Part shown: positions 1-9,998 of the stretch, one piece after another
Layout of the letters: the number at the start of each line of letters is the position of its first letter
How positions within the stretch are numbered: the first letter of the stretch is position 1
Assembly (NCBI RefSeq): GCF_039654945.1
Contig: NW_027361679.1
Location: 37,758,001-37,822,000, forward strand
From: Dendrobates tinctorius
Taxonomy: Eukaryota
Direction: 5' to 3'
Length of the DNA: 64,000 nt
Translations under genes and position numbers: made by a program
Notes under the pieces: model-generated
Database searches by the model: none
Seen by the model: only the letters and a program-made list of their open reading frames with translations
What the model was told of the DNA's origin: nothing

Positions 1-365
1 TGATGGTGGGGAGAGGCAATGATGGAGGTAATGGGTGATGATTGGTGGGGGAGGCAATGATGGAGGTGATGGGCAATGATGGAGGTGGGGAGAGGCAATG
101 ATGGAGGTGGAGGAAGCAATAATGGAGGTGATGGGCAATGATGGTGGTGGGGAGAGGCAATGATGGTGATGGGGGAGGCAATGATGGAGGTGATGGCAAT
201 GATGGTGGTGGGGAAGGCAATGATGGAGGTGATGAAATGGACAATGATGGGGAGGAGGCAATGATTGAGGTGGTGGAGGGGCAGTGATGGGGTGGTGTGG
301 GAGAATGATAGAGGTGGTGGGGGAAAAGGCAATGATGGAGGTGGTGATGATGACAATGATGGGGG
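1..365. repeat. G-rich degenerate tandem repeat (GGCAATGATGGAGGTG-like units)
   Basis: Repeated tgatggaggtg/ggcaatgatgg units. Confidence 0.85.
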
Positions 366-369
366 TGGA

Positions 370-1009
370 GAGGGGCTGCATTATACTTTATGAGGGGGCT
401 ACATTATATTCTGTGGGGGACTGCATTATTCTCGGGACTACATTATATTCTGGGGGGGCTACATCATACTATATGAGGGGGCTGAATTATATTCTGTGGT
501 GGGGCTGCATTAATCTCTCAGGGGACTACATTATATTCTTGGGGCTACATCATACTATATGAGGGGGGCAGCATTATGCCCTATTAGGGGGCTACAGTAT
601 ACTCTATTGGGGGGTTGCATTATATTCTGTGGTGGTGCTGCATTATACTATATGAGAGGGGCTGCATTATACCCTATGAGGGTGATGCATTATATTCTAT
701 GGTGGGGACTGCGTTATACCTTATGAGGTGGTTGCATTATATTTTGTGGGGTGCTGCATTATACCCTATGAGGGAGGCTGCATTATATTTTATGAGGGAG
801 GCTGCAGTATATTCTATGAGGTGGCTACCCCTCTATGATTCTACCCCAACCCCTGCTACATAATTAAGACGTGTACTACCTTATATTATGCCCTGATATT
901 AGCGTGTTTTACCGCACAATTGGTGGTTTTGTTTATTTCTATGTAGCTATATAGTGGGCCCCAAGAATGATTTTCTCTGGTGGACCCAAGGTGCTGCAGT
1001 CCGACGCTG
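370..1009. repeat. ~20-bp minisatellite (GGGGGCTGCATTATAYTCTRTG) ending at a probable non-autonomous DNA transposon terminus
   Basis: About 20 tandem units to ~830; CAGTCCGACGCTG at ~997-1009 resembles a hAT-like TIR. Confidence 0.65.
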
Positions 1010-1199
1010 CTTCCAGGCACCACATGACCTGGAGCCTGGAAGAAATCATTAGCATACAGAAAGAATAAAACTTTTCTCAACAAGCCCACTAATATGAGGC
1101 AATTAGGCATACAGGTAGGACTAGTTTAACATTTCTATTACCTGTATTCCCATATTAATAGGTCATATATTTCTCAGGGGGTGACAGATTCCATTTAAA

Positions 1200-1832
1200 G
1201 AAGAACAAGAAGTCCTGACAGTGATGATATAACCCCCACACAGCCCTGATCTCAACATCATATAGTCTACAATGGATTACATGAAAAGGCAGAAGGATTT
1301 ACGCAGGCTTACATCCACAGAAGATCTGTGGTTAGTTCTTTCAGATGAGCGGAAAAACCTCCCTTTCGAGATCTTTCAAAAACTGTGTGCAAGTGTACCT
1401 ACAAGAACTGATGTTGTTTTGAAAGTAAAGTCTTGCAATGATCTATGATGTTCGTATGACACATATATTTTTTTTTCTCATCCAGTTTTAATCTTCCTAC
1501 ATAGCTTTTTCTGTTTCATTTAATGACTGTATTTCAAGTCACATATAAAAATGATGATCGTTATGACCTGGTTGGTATAATTGGTTACTCATATACCTGA
1601 CTATAATATTGTAAAATCCCTAAGTTCGTGCAAATATACCTAGAAGAATTGTTGCTGTGTTGAAGACAAAACAGTGATTACACCAAATATCAATATAATT
1701 TTTTGTCTTTTGTTTATTCACTTTGTATTTTGTTAATTGAAAAAAATAAACTAATAACACTTCTATTTTTTAAAGCATTTTTACTTTGCAGAATTTTTCT
1801 ACATCAGCCTAAAACTTTTGGGCAGCGCTGTA
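1200..1832 (+). mobile_element. Tc1-like transposon 3' remnant
   Basis: Decayed SPDLNII...DYMKRQKD...LQKLCASVP transposase C-terminus; TIR-like CCTAAAACTTTTGGGCAGCGCTG followed by TA. Confidence 0.7.
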
Positions 1833-3727
1833 TAATTTTTTATTTATATGTTGCATTCTTTTCCTTAACCACGACATGATGCATATGTACATCATATGTT
1901 GTGTCTCTGCCTCTGACGCGGGCATGGCGTGTTGTCCTGTGATGTTCTGTGGAATGATGCAGCTTTCAGGTCTCAGTTTCACCGAGGCCTTTTGGATACT
2001 CTCAAGGACACTCTGGCTCTCCATACGTCACCCAGTATACTGAGGGAGATCATGACTCAGGCCATTCGAATGGATTGCAGAATTCGAGCGAGAAGTGATG
2101 AACGACAAGGGGTTTCAGTCATCCTGCCCAAGTCTGTTCACTTGCCAGAAACAGAACTAAGGGAGGTTGGAGCAGCCCAGTTTCGGATCAGGGAGTTGTC
2201 GGTTTGATCTCGGACTCTGCATACTCCACCCTTTTTCTTGGGGAGGTCATGTCTCAGCCCACTTTCGGGTCATGGAGGGGAGGCGTCGAGGTGATCTCAG
2301 CCTCCGCTTTTATTGTGGTCATGCCAGACATTTTCTCAAAGACTGCTCGATACACCCTCAAGCCAGAAAGTCATCGGGGAACATCTTAAGTCTGGGTGAT
2401 GTTCGAGGAGGTCACCCAGACTTCCAGGTACCCTTTTACGTTGCAGATAAAGTATTGCTGAACATGGAACCTTGCTTTCAGAACCTTGGGTTATCTGCTC
2501 TTTCTTTTAATGACTGTGGGTCTGCTGTCAATTTGATATTGGACTGGTACTTAAATTAGGATTAGGGACAGTTAGATTGGAAAGACCCATTCAAATTGTT
2601 GCTATTGACAGGACACTGTTACTTGAGAACTTTGTCCAGCTGGTAATGGTGGAATTCACACTTAGAGTGGGATCTCTTCACTCGGAGTCCATCTCCTGCT
2701 ATGTTTTGGATAATTTACCTGATGAGTTGGTGTTGGGATATTCATGGCTACGTATCCATGATCCTGTTATTGATTGGGGTCGGAAGGATATTGTTAAATG
2801 GAGTTCCCACTGTCATAAGAATTGTCTTAGTTCTGTACGAATTTCCTCCGCTAGCCTGGAACATCTGCCGGCGTACCTGAAAGACTTTAGAGATGTGTTC
2901 TCGGAGAAAGAGGCAGAGATACTACCTCCCCATCATCCTTATGATTGTGCTATAAATCTGTTCATAATATCAAACTGCCAAAAGCTTGACTGTATAATTT
3001 GTCAGGACCTGAACGGACAGCTATAAAACAATATGTAAACAAAAGTTTACAGAAGAGTCATGTCCATCCTTCCTCCTCGCTTGTAGTTGTGTTGTTCTTT
3101 TTTGTGAAAGAGAAAGATTGTGGCCTCCGTCCTTTCCTCGATTTCCGTAAACTAAACAAAATTATGGTTAAGAATACTTTCCCGATTCCACTCTTCCCCG
3201 ACCTATATAATCAGCTTACGGGGGCTAAATGGTTTTCTAAACTTGACATTAGAGGGGCATCTGATCCATATCCGAGAGGGTGATGAGTGGAAAACAGCGT
3301 TTTTTATGTTGGAGGGTTTATTTGAAAATCTTGCCATGCCTTTTGGGTTAACCAATGCACCTGCAGTCTTTCAGAACTTTATGAATGACAACTTTCTGAC
3401 ATTATTGGAAGGTTTATTGTGGTATACCTTGATAATTCTAATTTTTTCAACTGATCTGGAGTCACACTACAAGCACGTTTGATTTGTTTTACAGAAACTC
3501 AGGGAAATTTTTTGCTAAATTGGAAAAATGTATTTTTTCTGTTCAGGAAATATCATTCTTGGGGTTTATTGTATCAGCTGAAGAGTTCAAGATGGACCCT
3601 GGGAAGGTGCAGGCTATAATTGATTGGGCTCAACCTCATGATCTGAAAGCATTGCAATGATTTCTAGGATTCGCTAATTACTGTAGAAAATTTATTAGGT
3701 GTTTTTTGCAGATCGTTAAACCACTTA

Positions 3728-4170
3728 GGCTAGTTTCACACTAGCGCTTTTGAGTGCAGCGACGGCCTGCGCACGGCCGCCGCTAAGCCCCGCCCCCTGC
3801 CACGCCTCCGCCGGTAGCTCCGCCTACCGGCGCATGACGCTGCATGCGTCCTGCGTCCCCTATCTTTATCACTGGGGGCACAGTCTGCGTTTGGCAGCGC
3901 ATGCGTCCTTTTGACGGTGCGCCGAGCGCAACCAAACTGCAGCAGGTTGCGTTTGGCGCAGGTCGGCGCACCGTCAAAAGGACGCATGCGCTGCCAAACG
4001 CAGACTGCGCACGGCCTGCGCCCCAGTGATAAAGATAGGGGACGCAGGACGCATGCAGCGTCTTGCGCCGGTAGGCGGAGCTACCGGCGAAGGTGCAGCA
4101 GGGGGCGGGGCTTAGTGGCGGCCGTGCGCAGGCAGTCGCTGCGCTCAAAAGCGCTAGTGTGAAACTAGCC
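3728..4170. mobile_element. Palindromic PIF/Harbinger-type MITE
   Basis: TIR GGCTAGTTTCACACTAGCGC and its reverse complement; TTA TSD; removing it restores the Gypsy codons KPLTDLT. Confidence 0.9.
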
Positions 4171-4530
4171 TTACTGACCTCACACATAAGGGAGCGAATC
4201 TTAAGGTTTGGTAGTTGGATGCTGTTGACTTCTTTGATAAATTAAAGGAGTGCTTCATGTCTGCTCCAGTTTTGATTCAACCCAATCTCCAGAAACCATT
4301 TATCGTAGAGGTAGATGCCTCACAGGTTGGGGTAAGGGCTGTTTTGTCTTAAGGTTCCAAAACTCTAACCAACTTGCGACCATGTGCATTTTTCTGTAGG
4401 AAATTTTCGTCTCGTGAGAGAAATTATGATGCTGGGAATTGTGAGCTGTGAGCTGCGAGCTGTTATGCCAGCGTTTGAAGAATGAGGACTTTTTTGGAGG
4501 GAGCTATTCATCCGGTTACTGTGGTAACAG

Positions 4531-5298
4531 TGTAGGGAAGGTGACCGGACGGACTAGTCAGAGTGAAGAAGGAAAGGTTTGCACAGTGTAGGTAGGTGTC
4601 AGTTATTACAGTGGGGAAACGGCTAGGAAAGTGTATGTAGTGGACGTGCAGTACCTTGGGTTGACCATTAGATGGCAGGGAGGAGTGTGAGCAAAGGACT
4701 TGACAACAGCTTAGGGCTTTAGAAACAGTTGGTCATGGGGGGCGGGTTTACAGTGACAGGGGACCGGGAGAGCTATAAATACTGAGGGAGGGTTCCAGAA
4801 GGTTCCAGTCCCCAGGGGGAGCTCCAGTGACAGGAGGACTGCGACAGTCTGTGCGCTGTGAGGAGAAACTAAACAAGGGGGACTGAGGAGAGAGAACGTC
4901 AGGGGGGTGGTCCTGACAGGAAGAACCGCTGAAGGGACGAGGCATTGGGTGTGAGACACCGTATTTGACACGACGACTGATCAGAGGAAGCGCTGTTGGT
5001 TTAAGGGCCTAAGGCGGCCACAGTGACGGACCTGTCAGGAGCGTCGACGAGTGAAGAGGGGACGGTGTACGCATACACGTCCCCAGTGTAACGTGCGGTG
5101 TGTAAGAAGCGGCCCTGGAAACGGAGGGCCGTGAGGTAAAGGAAGTGCGGTGTGCTTCTGAGGCCGTCAGGCGAACGGCAAGTGAGAAATAAACTTGGAC
5201 TTGTTGCACCCAGAATCTGCCTCCATCGTGTCTCTGTTTTTATCTCTGCGTGGTAAGAAGAGGGACCACCCCCCCAGCTCGGCCCACCCACCTCTACA
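4531..5298 (+). mobile_element. Solo LTR
   Basis: TGTAG...CTACA ends; ACAG TSD; TATAAATA at ~4774; AATAAA at ~5188; removing it restores VTVVTDHK. Confidence 0.9.
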
Positions 5299-5756
5299 AC
5301 AGATCATAAAAAATTAGCTTATACTGAATCTGCTAAACGTTTAACCCCTGGACAGGCCAGATGGTCCTTATTTTTTTCTAGAATAAATTTTTCCATCACA
5401 CTCAGACCCGGTGCCCCGGTTGGGGCTGACGCAGTGTCCCGCAGCCTTGATTCCATTTTTCAGAGAGAATCTCTATTCTCTATTCTTCCCCAAGGAATTA
5501 TTTCAATGATATCCTCAGAATTGGAAACTGAAATTCATGAGGTCCAGTCGTTGGCCCCATCCGCTGCTCCTGACTCTAAATTATTTGTGCCTTTGTATCT
5601 ATTAGCAGAAGTTTCATTATTCCTTCTTAATTGGTCATCCGGGGGTCACTGCTGCACAGAAAGCTGTTGCTAGACTTTTTTGGCAACCATGCTTAACAAT
5701 CTTAATGATTTTGTATCCGCTTGTTAGGTTTGTGCACGTGCTAAAGTTTGTCATAC

Positions 5757-6085
5757 TGCAAAAGGGGAAGGGTGGGGGGAGGGGAAGCGGAGAGGGATGG
5801 GGGGAGGTGGATGGGGCGGATTTGTAGGGAGATGGGGGTTTTCATGCTGTTTGACCAGGTATGATTGGGACCACAATGTAATGATGTTACTTGATGATGA
5901 TGGATTGTTCTTTCTAATGCACAATGAGTAACCGTACTGTTCGGATGTTAAGTTGGAATGTACGTGGTATATCTGATAAGGTTAAGAGGGCGGCTGTTCT
6001 GAATCATATCAAATCCTGTGAACCTATGATCGCGTGCTTGCAGGAGACACATCTCACTAGAGACACTATGCACTGGTTGTCAAGA
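5757..6085 (+). mobile_element. Internal fragment of an L1-clade LINE (G-rich inter-ORF spacer plus the first ~54 codons of the ORF2 endonuclease)
   Basis: MSNRTVRMLSWNVRG...ACLQETHL are APE endonuclease motifs I and II. Confidence 0.8.
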
Positions 6086-7000
6086 TTCACAGATTTACCA
6101 GTGGAAAAGCCAAACTTCACATGCCACAAATGCAAGCTTGTGTCCCTGTTGGAGGAAAAGTTGCAAAATCTCGAAGAGAGGTTAGCTACGTTGAAGATCA
6201 TTAAGGAAGGTGAAGAGTTCTTGGACAGAGCAGAATTATCTCTTCATGTTACAGAAAGAGAAGAAATTCGAAGTGCACCTGAAGAAACAGAGGAATGGAG
6301 ACATGTGACCCAGAGAAGCAGGAGGATCAGGAGGCAGTCAGCACCCATACTGCTCAGGAACCAGTACCAGGCTCTCACGCAGGAAAACGATGAAGAAATA
6401 CATCAGGATAAGACTTTGCCAACAAACAGCAACCTTGTACGCCCTCAGAGTCATCCTGGATGGAGAAAGAAAAATGTTGTGAAGAAGAAACGGAGAGTGG
6501 TGGTCATGGGGGATTCCCTGCTGAGAGGAACAGAGGCCGCTATCTGCAGACCGGATATAACTACAAGAGAAATGTGCTGTCTTCCAGGTGCAAAAATTAA
6601 AGATGTGTCTGACAGGATATCAGGACTCTTCAGACCTACAGATGACTACCCATTCCTGCTACTACATGTGGGGACAAATGACACCGCAAGAAACGACCTG
6701 GAAATCATCTGCAGAGACTTTGAAGACTTAGGCAAGAAAGTGAAAGAACTGGGAGCGCAGGTGGTCTTCTCTTCCATCCTCCCAGTGGATGGCCATGGAA
6801 CAAGGAGGTGGAATAAGATTCTGCAGGTGAACAACTGGCTACGTCGATGGTGCCGTCAGCAATGATTTGGATTTCTGGATCACGGAGTGAACTACTTATA
6901 CGATGGACTACTTGCTAGAGATGGGGTGCACCTTACGAAGACTGGAAAGCATGTATTTGGAAGTCGCCTTGCTACACTTGTAAGGAGAGCTTTAAACTAG
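5924..7000 (+). pseudogene. Chimeric L1-EN/CR1 ORF1 (partial zinc finger, coiled coil, SGNH esterase) with one premature TGA at 6863-6865
   Basis: CHKC, a leucine-zipper stretch, GDSLLRG, HVGTND; after the TGA the frame continues to DGVHL...RRALN* at 7000. Confidence 0.85.
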
Positions 7001-9998
7001 AACAACATGGGAAGGGAAGCAAAAGACCAGAAAAAGCCATACACCTGACAAATGCTATTGAGAACTCTGCTATTAGAAGTGGAAAGGAAGAACAAAGACG
7101 AAAGAATCTAATTAATAAAAATATTGGAGAAAGAGAAACCAATCACAAACTAAAATGTTTCTATACTAATGCACAAAGCATGGGCAACAAACAAGGAGAA
7201 TTGGAACTACTAACACAGGAACAGAAATATGATGTAATTGGAATCACTGAAACTTGGTGGGACAATACACATGATTGGAATACAAGACTAGAAGGATACA
7301 ACTTATTTGCAAGAAACAGACTTGATAAACGAGGAGGGGGTGTCGCATTGTATGTTCGAAACGCGTATATCTGCACAGAGATTGAAGCTTCAGAGACTGG
7401 GAGTTCTGTGGAAACTGTTTGGGTAAGAATACAAGGACAGAACAATGGAAAGGACACCATTGTAGGCATTTACTACAGGCCGCCTGTGCAAGCCGAAGAT
7501 ATAGATGAACTCTTTATGCATCAGATGGCCAAGTTCTCCAAAAAATATGACATAGTTGTCATGGGAGATTTCAACTATCCAGACATTTGTTGGGAATCTC
7601 TCTCAGGCAAAACTAACAGGTCAAGGAAATTCTTATCCTCTCTTGCTGACAACTTTATCTTCCAAAAGGTAAGGGAGAAAACAAGGGGAACTGCTACCTT
7701 GGATCTAATCCTTATAAACAGGGAGGAAATGGTTGAGGAGGTAAAAGTGGCTGGGACCCTAGGAGGTAGCGACCATGCTATTTTAGAATTTTGGATTACT
7801 AGAGGTGGAAGACCTGTGAAGACTCAGACGTCAAGGTTAGATTTCAGAAAGGCAGATTTTAAGCGATTCAGAAAGAGAATTGGAGGGATCCAATGGCTGG
7901 ATATCCTTAAAGACAAAAATGTCCAGGAAGGATGGGAAATTTTGAAAAATGAAATTCTCAAAGCACAGTTGTTAACAATTCCGAAAAGAGGGAAGAATAG
8001 GAAGCATTTAAGGAAACCAGGATGGATGAACACAGAACTTAAGCACATGCTAAAAAGGAAGAAAAAAATGTTTATAAAATGGAAAGAGGGAGGCATATCT
8101 AAAGAAGAATATAATGCTGTCTGCAGAACCTGCAGGGCACAAATCAGATTAGCTAAAGCTGAAAATGAACTGAGGCTTGCAAGAGATGTCAAAAGCAATA
8201 ATAAAGGATTTTGGGGATATGTCAAAAGTAAAAGAAAAGTCAAAGATGCTATAGGATATTTACAGGATGAAAATGATGAAATGGTAAGACAGGATGTTGA
8301 AAAGGCTGAACTTTTAAATTCCTATTTTGCATCTGTTTTCTCTCAGAAAGGAAATGCAACATCAACTGTTATTCACTGTCCTATTAAGGGAATAGAAGAA
8401 TCCAGGATATCTATAAACAGAAAGATAGTGAGGAAACACTTAGCTAACCTAAATGAATTCAAGTCTCCAGGTCCAGATGAATTACACCCCAGAGTACTGA
8501 AGGAGATAGCAGAAGAAATTTTTGAACCCCTCTCCATAATCTTTGAAAATTCTTGGAGAACAGGAGAAGTGCCAGAAGACTGGAGAAGAGCAAATGTTGT
8601 TCCTATCTTCAAAAAGGGGAAGAAGGTGGACCCAGGCAACTATAGGCCGGTGAGTCTGACTTCCATACCAGGAAAGATCTTTGAACAAATTATTAAACAA
8701 CATGTATGTCAATACCTGGATAATAATGAAGTGATTAAACAGAGTCAGCATGGGTTTGTAACTAATAAGTCATGTCAGACTAACTTAATTTCCTTCTATG
8801 ACTGTATCACTGATTGGGTGGATCAAGGAAATGCTGTAGATATAGTATATCTTGACTTCAGCAAAGCATTTGACAAAGTCTCTCATACAATCCTTATTGA
8901 AAAAATGACTAAGTATGGAATGGACAAGGCAACTGTTAGGTGGATTCATAACTGGCTTAGTGATCAGACCCAAAGAGTGGTCGTAAATGGCTGCACATCC
9001 AGTTGGAAGAATGTCTCAAGTGGGGTACCACAGGGCTCTGTCCTGGGCCCTGTATTGTTCAACATCTTTATCAACGATTTAGATGAAGGAATTGAGGGTA
9101 AACTGATTAAATTTGCTGATGACACAAAGCTAGGAGGGATAGCTAATACTAGAGAAGAGAGAGAGAGGATTCAAAAAGATTTAAATAAACTGGAGAAGTG
9201 GGCAGCAACTAACAGAATGGTTTTTAACAGGGAGAAATGCAAAGTACTACATCTGGGCAATAAAAATGAAAAAAGCATATATAGAATGGGAGGAATAGGG
9301 CTAAGTGACAGCACATGTGAAAAAGACTTGGGTATACTAATAGATCACAGACTGAATATGAGTCAACAGTGTGATGCAGCAGCAAAAAAGGCAAATGCAA
9401 TTCTAGGATGTATTAACAGAAGCATACAGTCTAGATCACGTGAAGTCATTATTTCCCTCTACTCCTCTTTGGTCAGACCTCATCTGGAATATTGTGTCCA
9501 GTTTTGGGCACCACATTTTAAAAAAGACATCAACAAACTGGAGCAAGTTCAGAAAAGAGCGACCAGAATGGTGACCGGTCTGCAAACCCTGTCTTATGAG
9601 GAAAGGTTGCAGGATTTGGGAATGTTTAGTTTGCAAAAGAGAAGACTGAGAGGTGACTTAATAGCTGTCTACAAATATCTAAAGGGCTGTCACATTGTAG
9701 AAGGATCAACTTTATTCTCAATTGCACAAGGAAAGACTAGAAGCAATGGGATGAAACTGAATGGGAAGAGACACAGATTAGATATTAGAAAAAACTTTTT
9801 GACAGTTAGAGTGATCAATGAGTGGAACAGGCTGCCACGAGAAGTGGTGAGTTCTCCTTCAATGGAAGTCTTCAAACAGAGGCTGGACAGACATCTGACT
9901 GGGATGATTTAGCGAATCCTGCTTTGAGCAGGGGGTTGGACCAGATGGCCCAGGAGGTCCCTTCCAACTCTACGATTCTATGATTCTATGATTCTATG
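6086..9998 (+). mobile_element. Young, slightly 5'-truncated CR1 LINE
   Basis: ORF1 plus intact ORF2; short 3' UTR; terminal (ATTCTATG)x3 at 9975-9998. Confidence 0.95.
6991..9912 (+). CDS. CR1 ORF2 (APE endonuclease plus reverse transcriptase), uninterrupted
   Basis: Frame open from ~6919; YTNAQS, ITETWW, GDFN, SDH, DFSKAFD, VPQGSVLGP, FADD. Confidence 0.93.
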   Translation, partial: FKLEQHGKGSKRPEKAIHLTNAIENSAIRSGKEEQRRKNLINKNIGERETNHKLKCFYTNAQSMGNKQGELELLTQEQKYDVIGITETWWDNTHDWNTRLEGYNLFARNRLDKRGGGVALYVRNAYICTEIEASETGSSVETVWVRIQGQNNGKDTIVGIYYRPPVQAEDIDELFMHQMAKFSKKYDIVVMGDFNYPDICWESLSGKTNRSRKFLSSLADNFIFQKVREKTRGTATLDLILINREEMVEEVKVAGTLGGSDHAILEFWITRGGRPVKTQTSRLDFRKADFKRFRKRIGGIQWLDILKDKNVQEGWEILKNEILKAQLLTIPKRGKNRKHLRKPGWMNTELKHMLKRKKKMFIKWKEGGISKEEYNAVCRTCRAQIRLAKAENELRLARDVKSNNKGFWGYVKSKRKVKDAIGYLQDENDEMVRQDVEKAELLNSYFASVFSQKGNATSTVIHCPIKGIEESRISINRKIVRKHLANLNEFKSPGPDELHPRVLKEIAEEIFEPLSIIFENSWRTGEVPEDWRRANVVPIFKKGKKVDPGNYRPVSLTSIPGKIFEQIIKQHVCQYLDNNEVIKQSQHGFVTNKSCQTNLISFYDCITDWVDQGNAVDIVYLDFSKAFDKVSHTILIEKMTKYGMDKATVRWIHNWLSDQTQRVVVNGCTSSWKNVSSGVPQGSVLGPVLFNIFINDLDEGIEGKLIKFADDTKLGGIANTREERERIQKDLNKLEKWAATNRMVFNREKCKVLHLGNKNEKSIYRMGGIGLSDSTCEKDLGILIDHRLNMSQQCDAAAKKANAILGCINRSIQSRSREVIISLYSSLVRPHLEYCVQFWAPHFKKDINKLEQVQKRATRMVTGLQTLSYEERLQDLGMFSLQKRRLRGDLIAVYKYLKGCHIVEGSTLFSIAQGKTRSNGMKLNGKRHRLDIRKNFLTVRVINEWNRLPREVVSSPSMEVFKQRLDRHLTGMI

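Noticed and set aside
284-863. ORFs 284-562 and 615-863
   Set aside because: They are translations of minisatellites with no protein motifs.
6863-6865. TGA in CR1 ORF1 as programmed readthrough or selenocysteine
   Set aside because: A single GGA-to-TGA substitution in this copy explains it more simply, and no SECIS-like support was seen.
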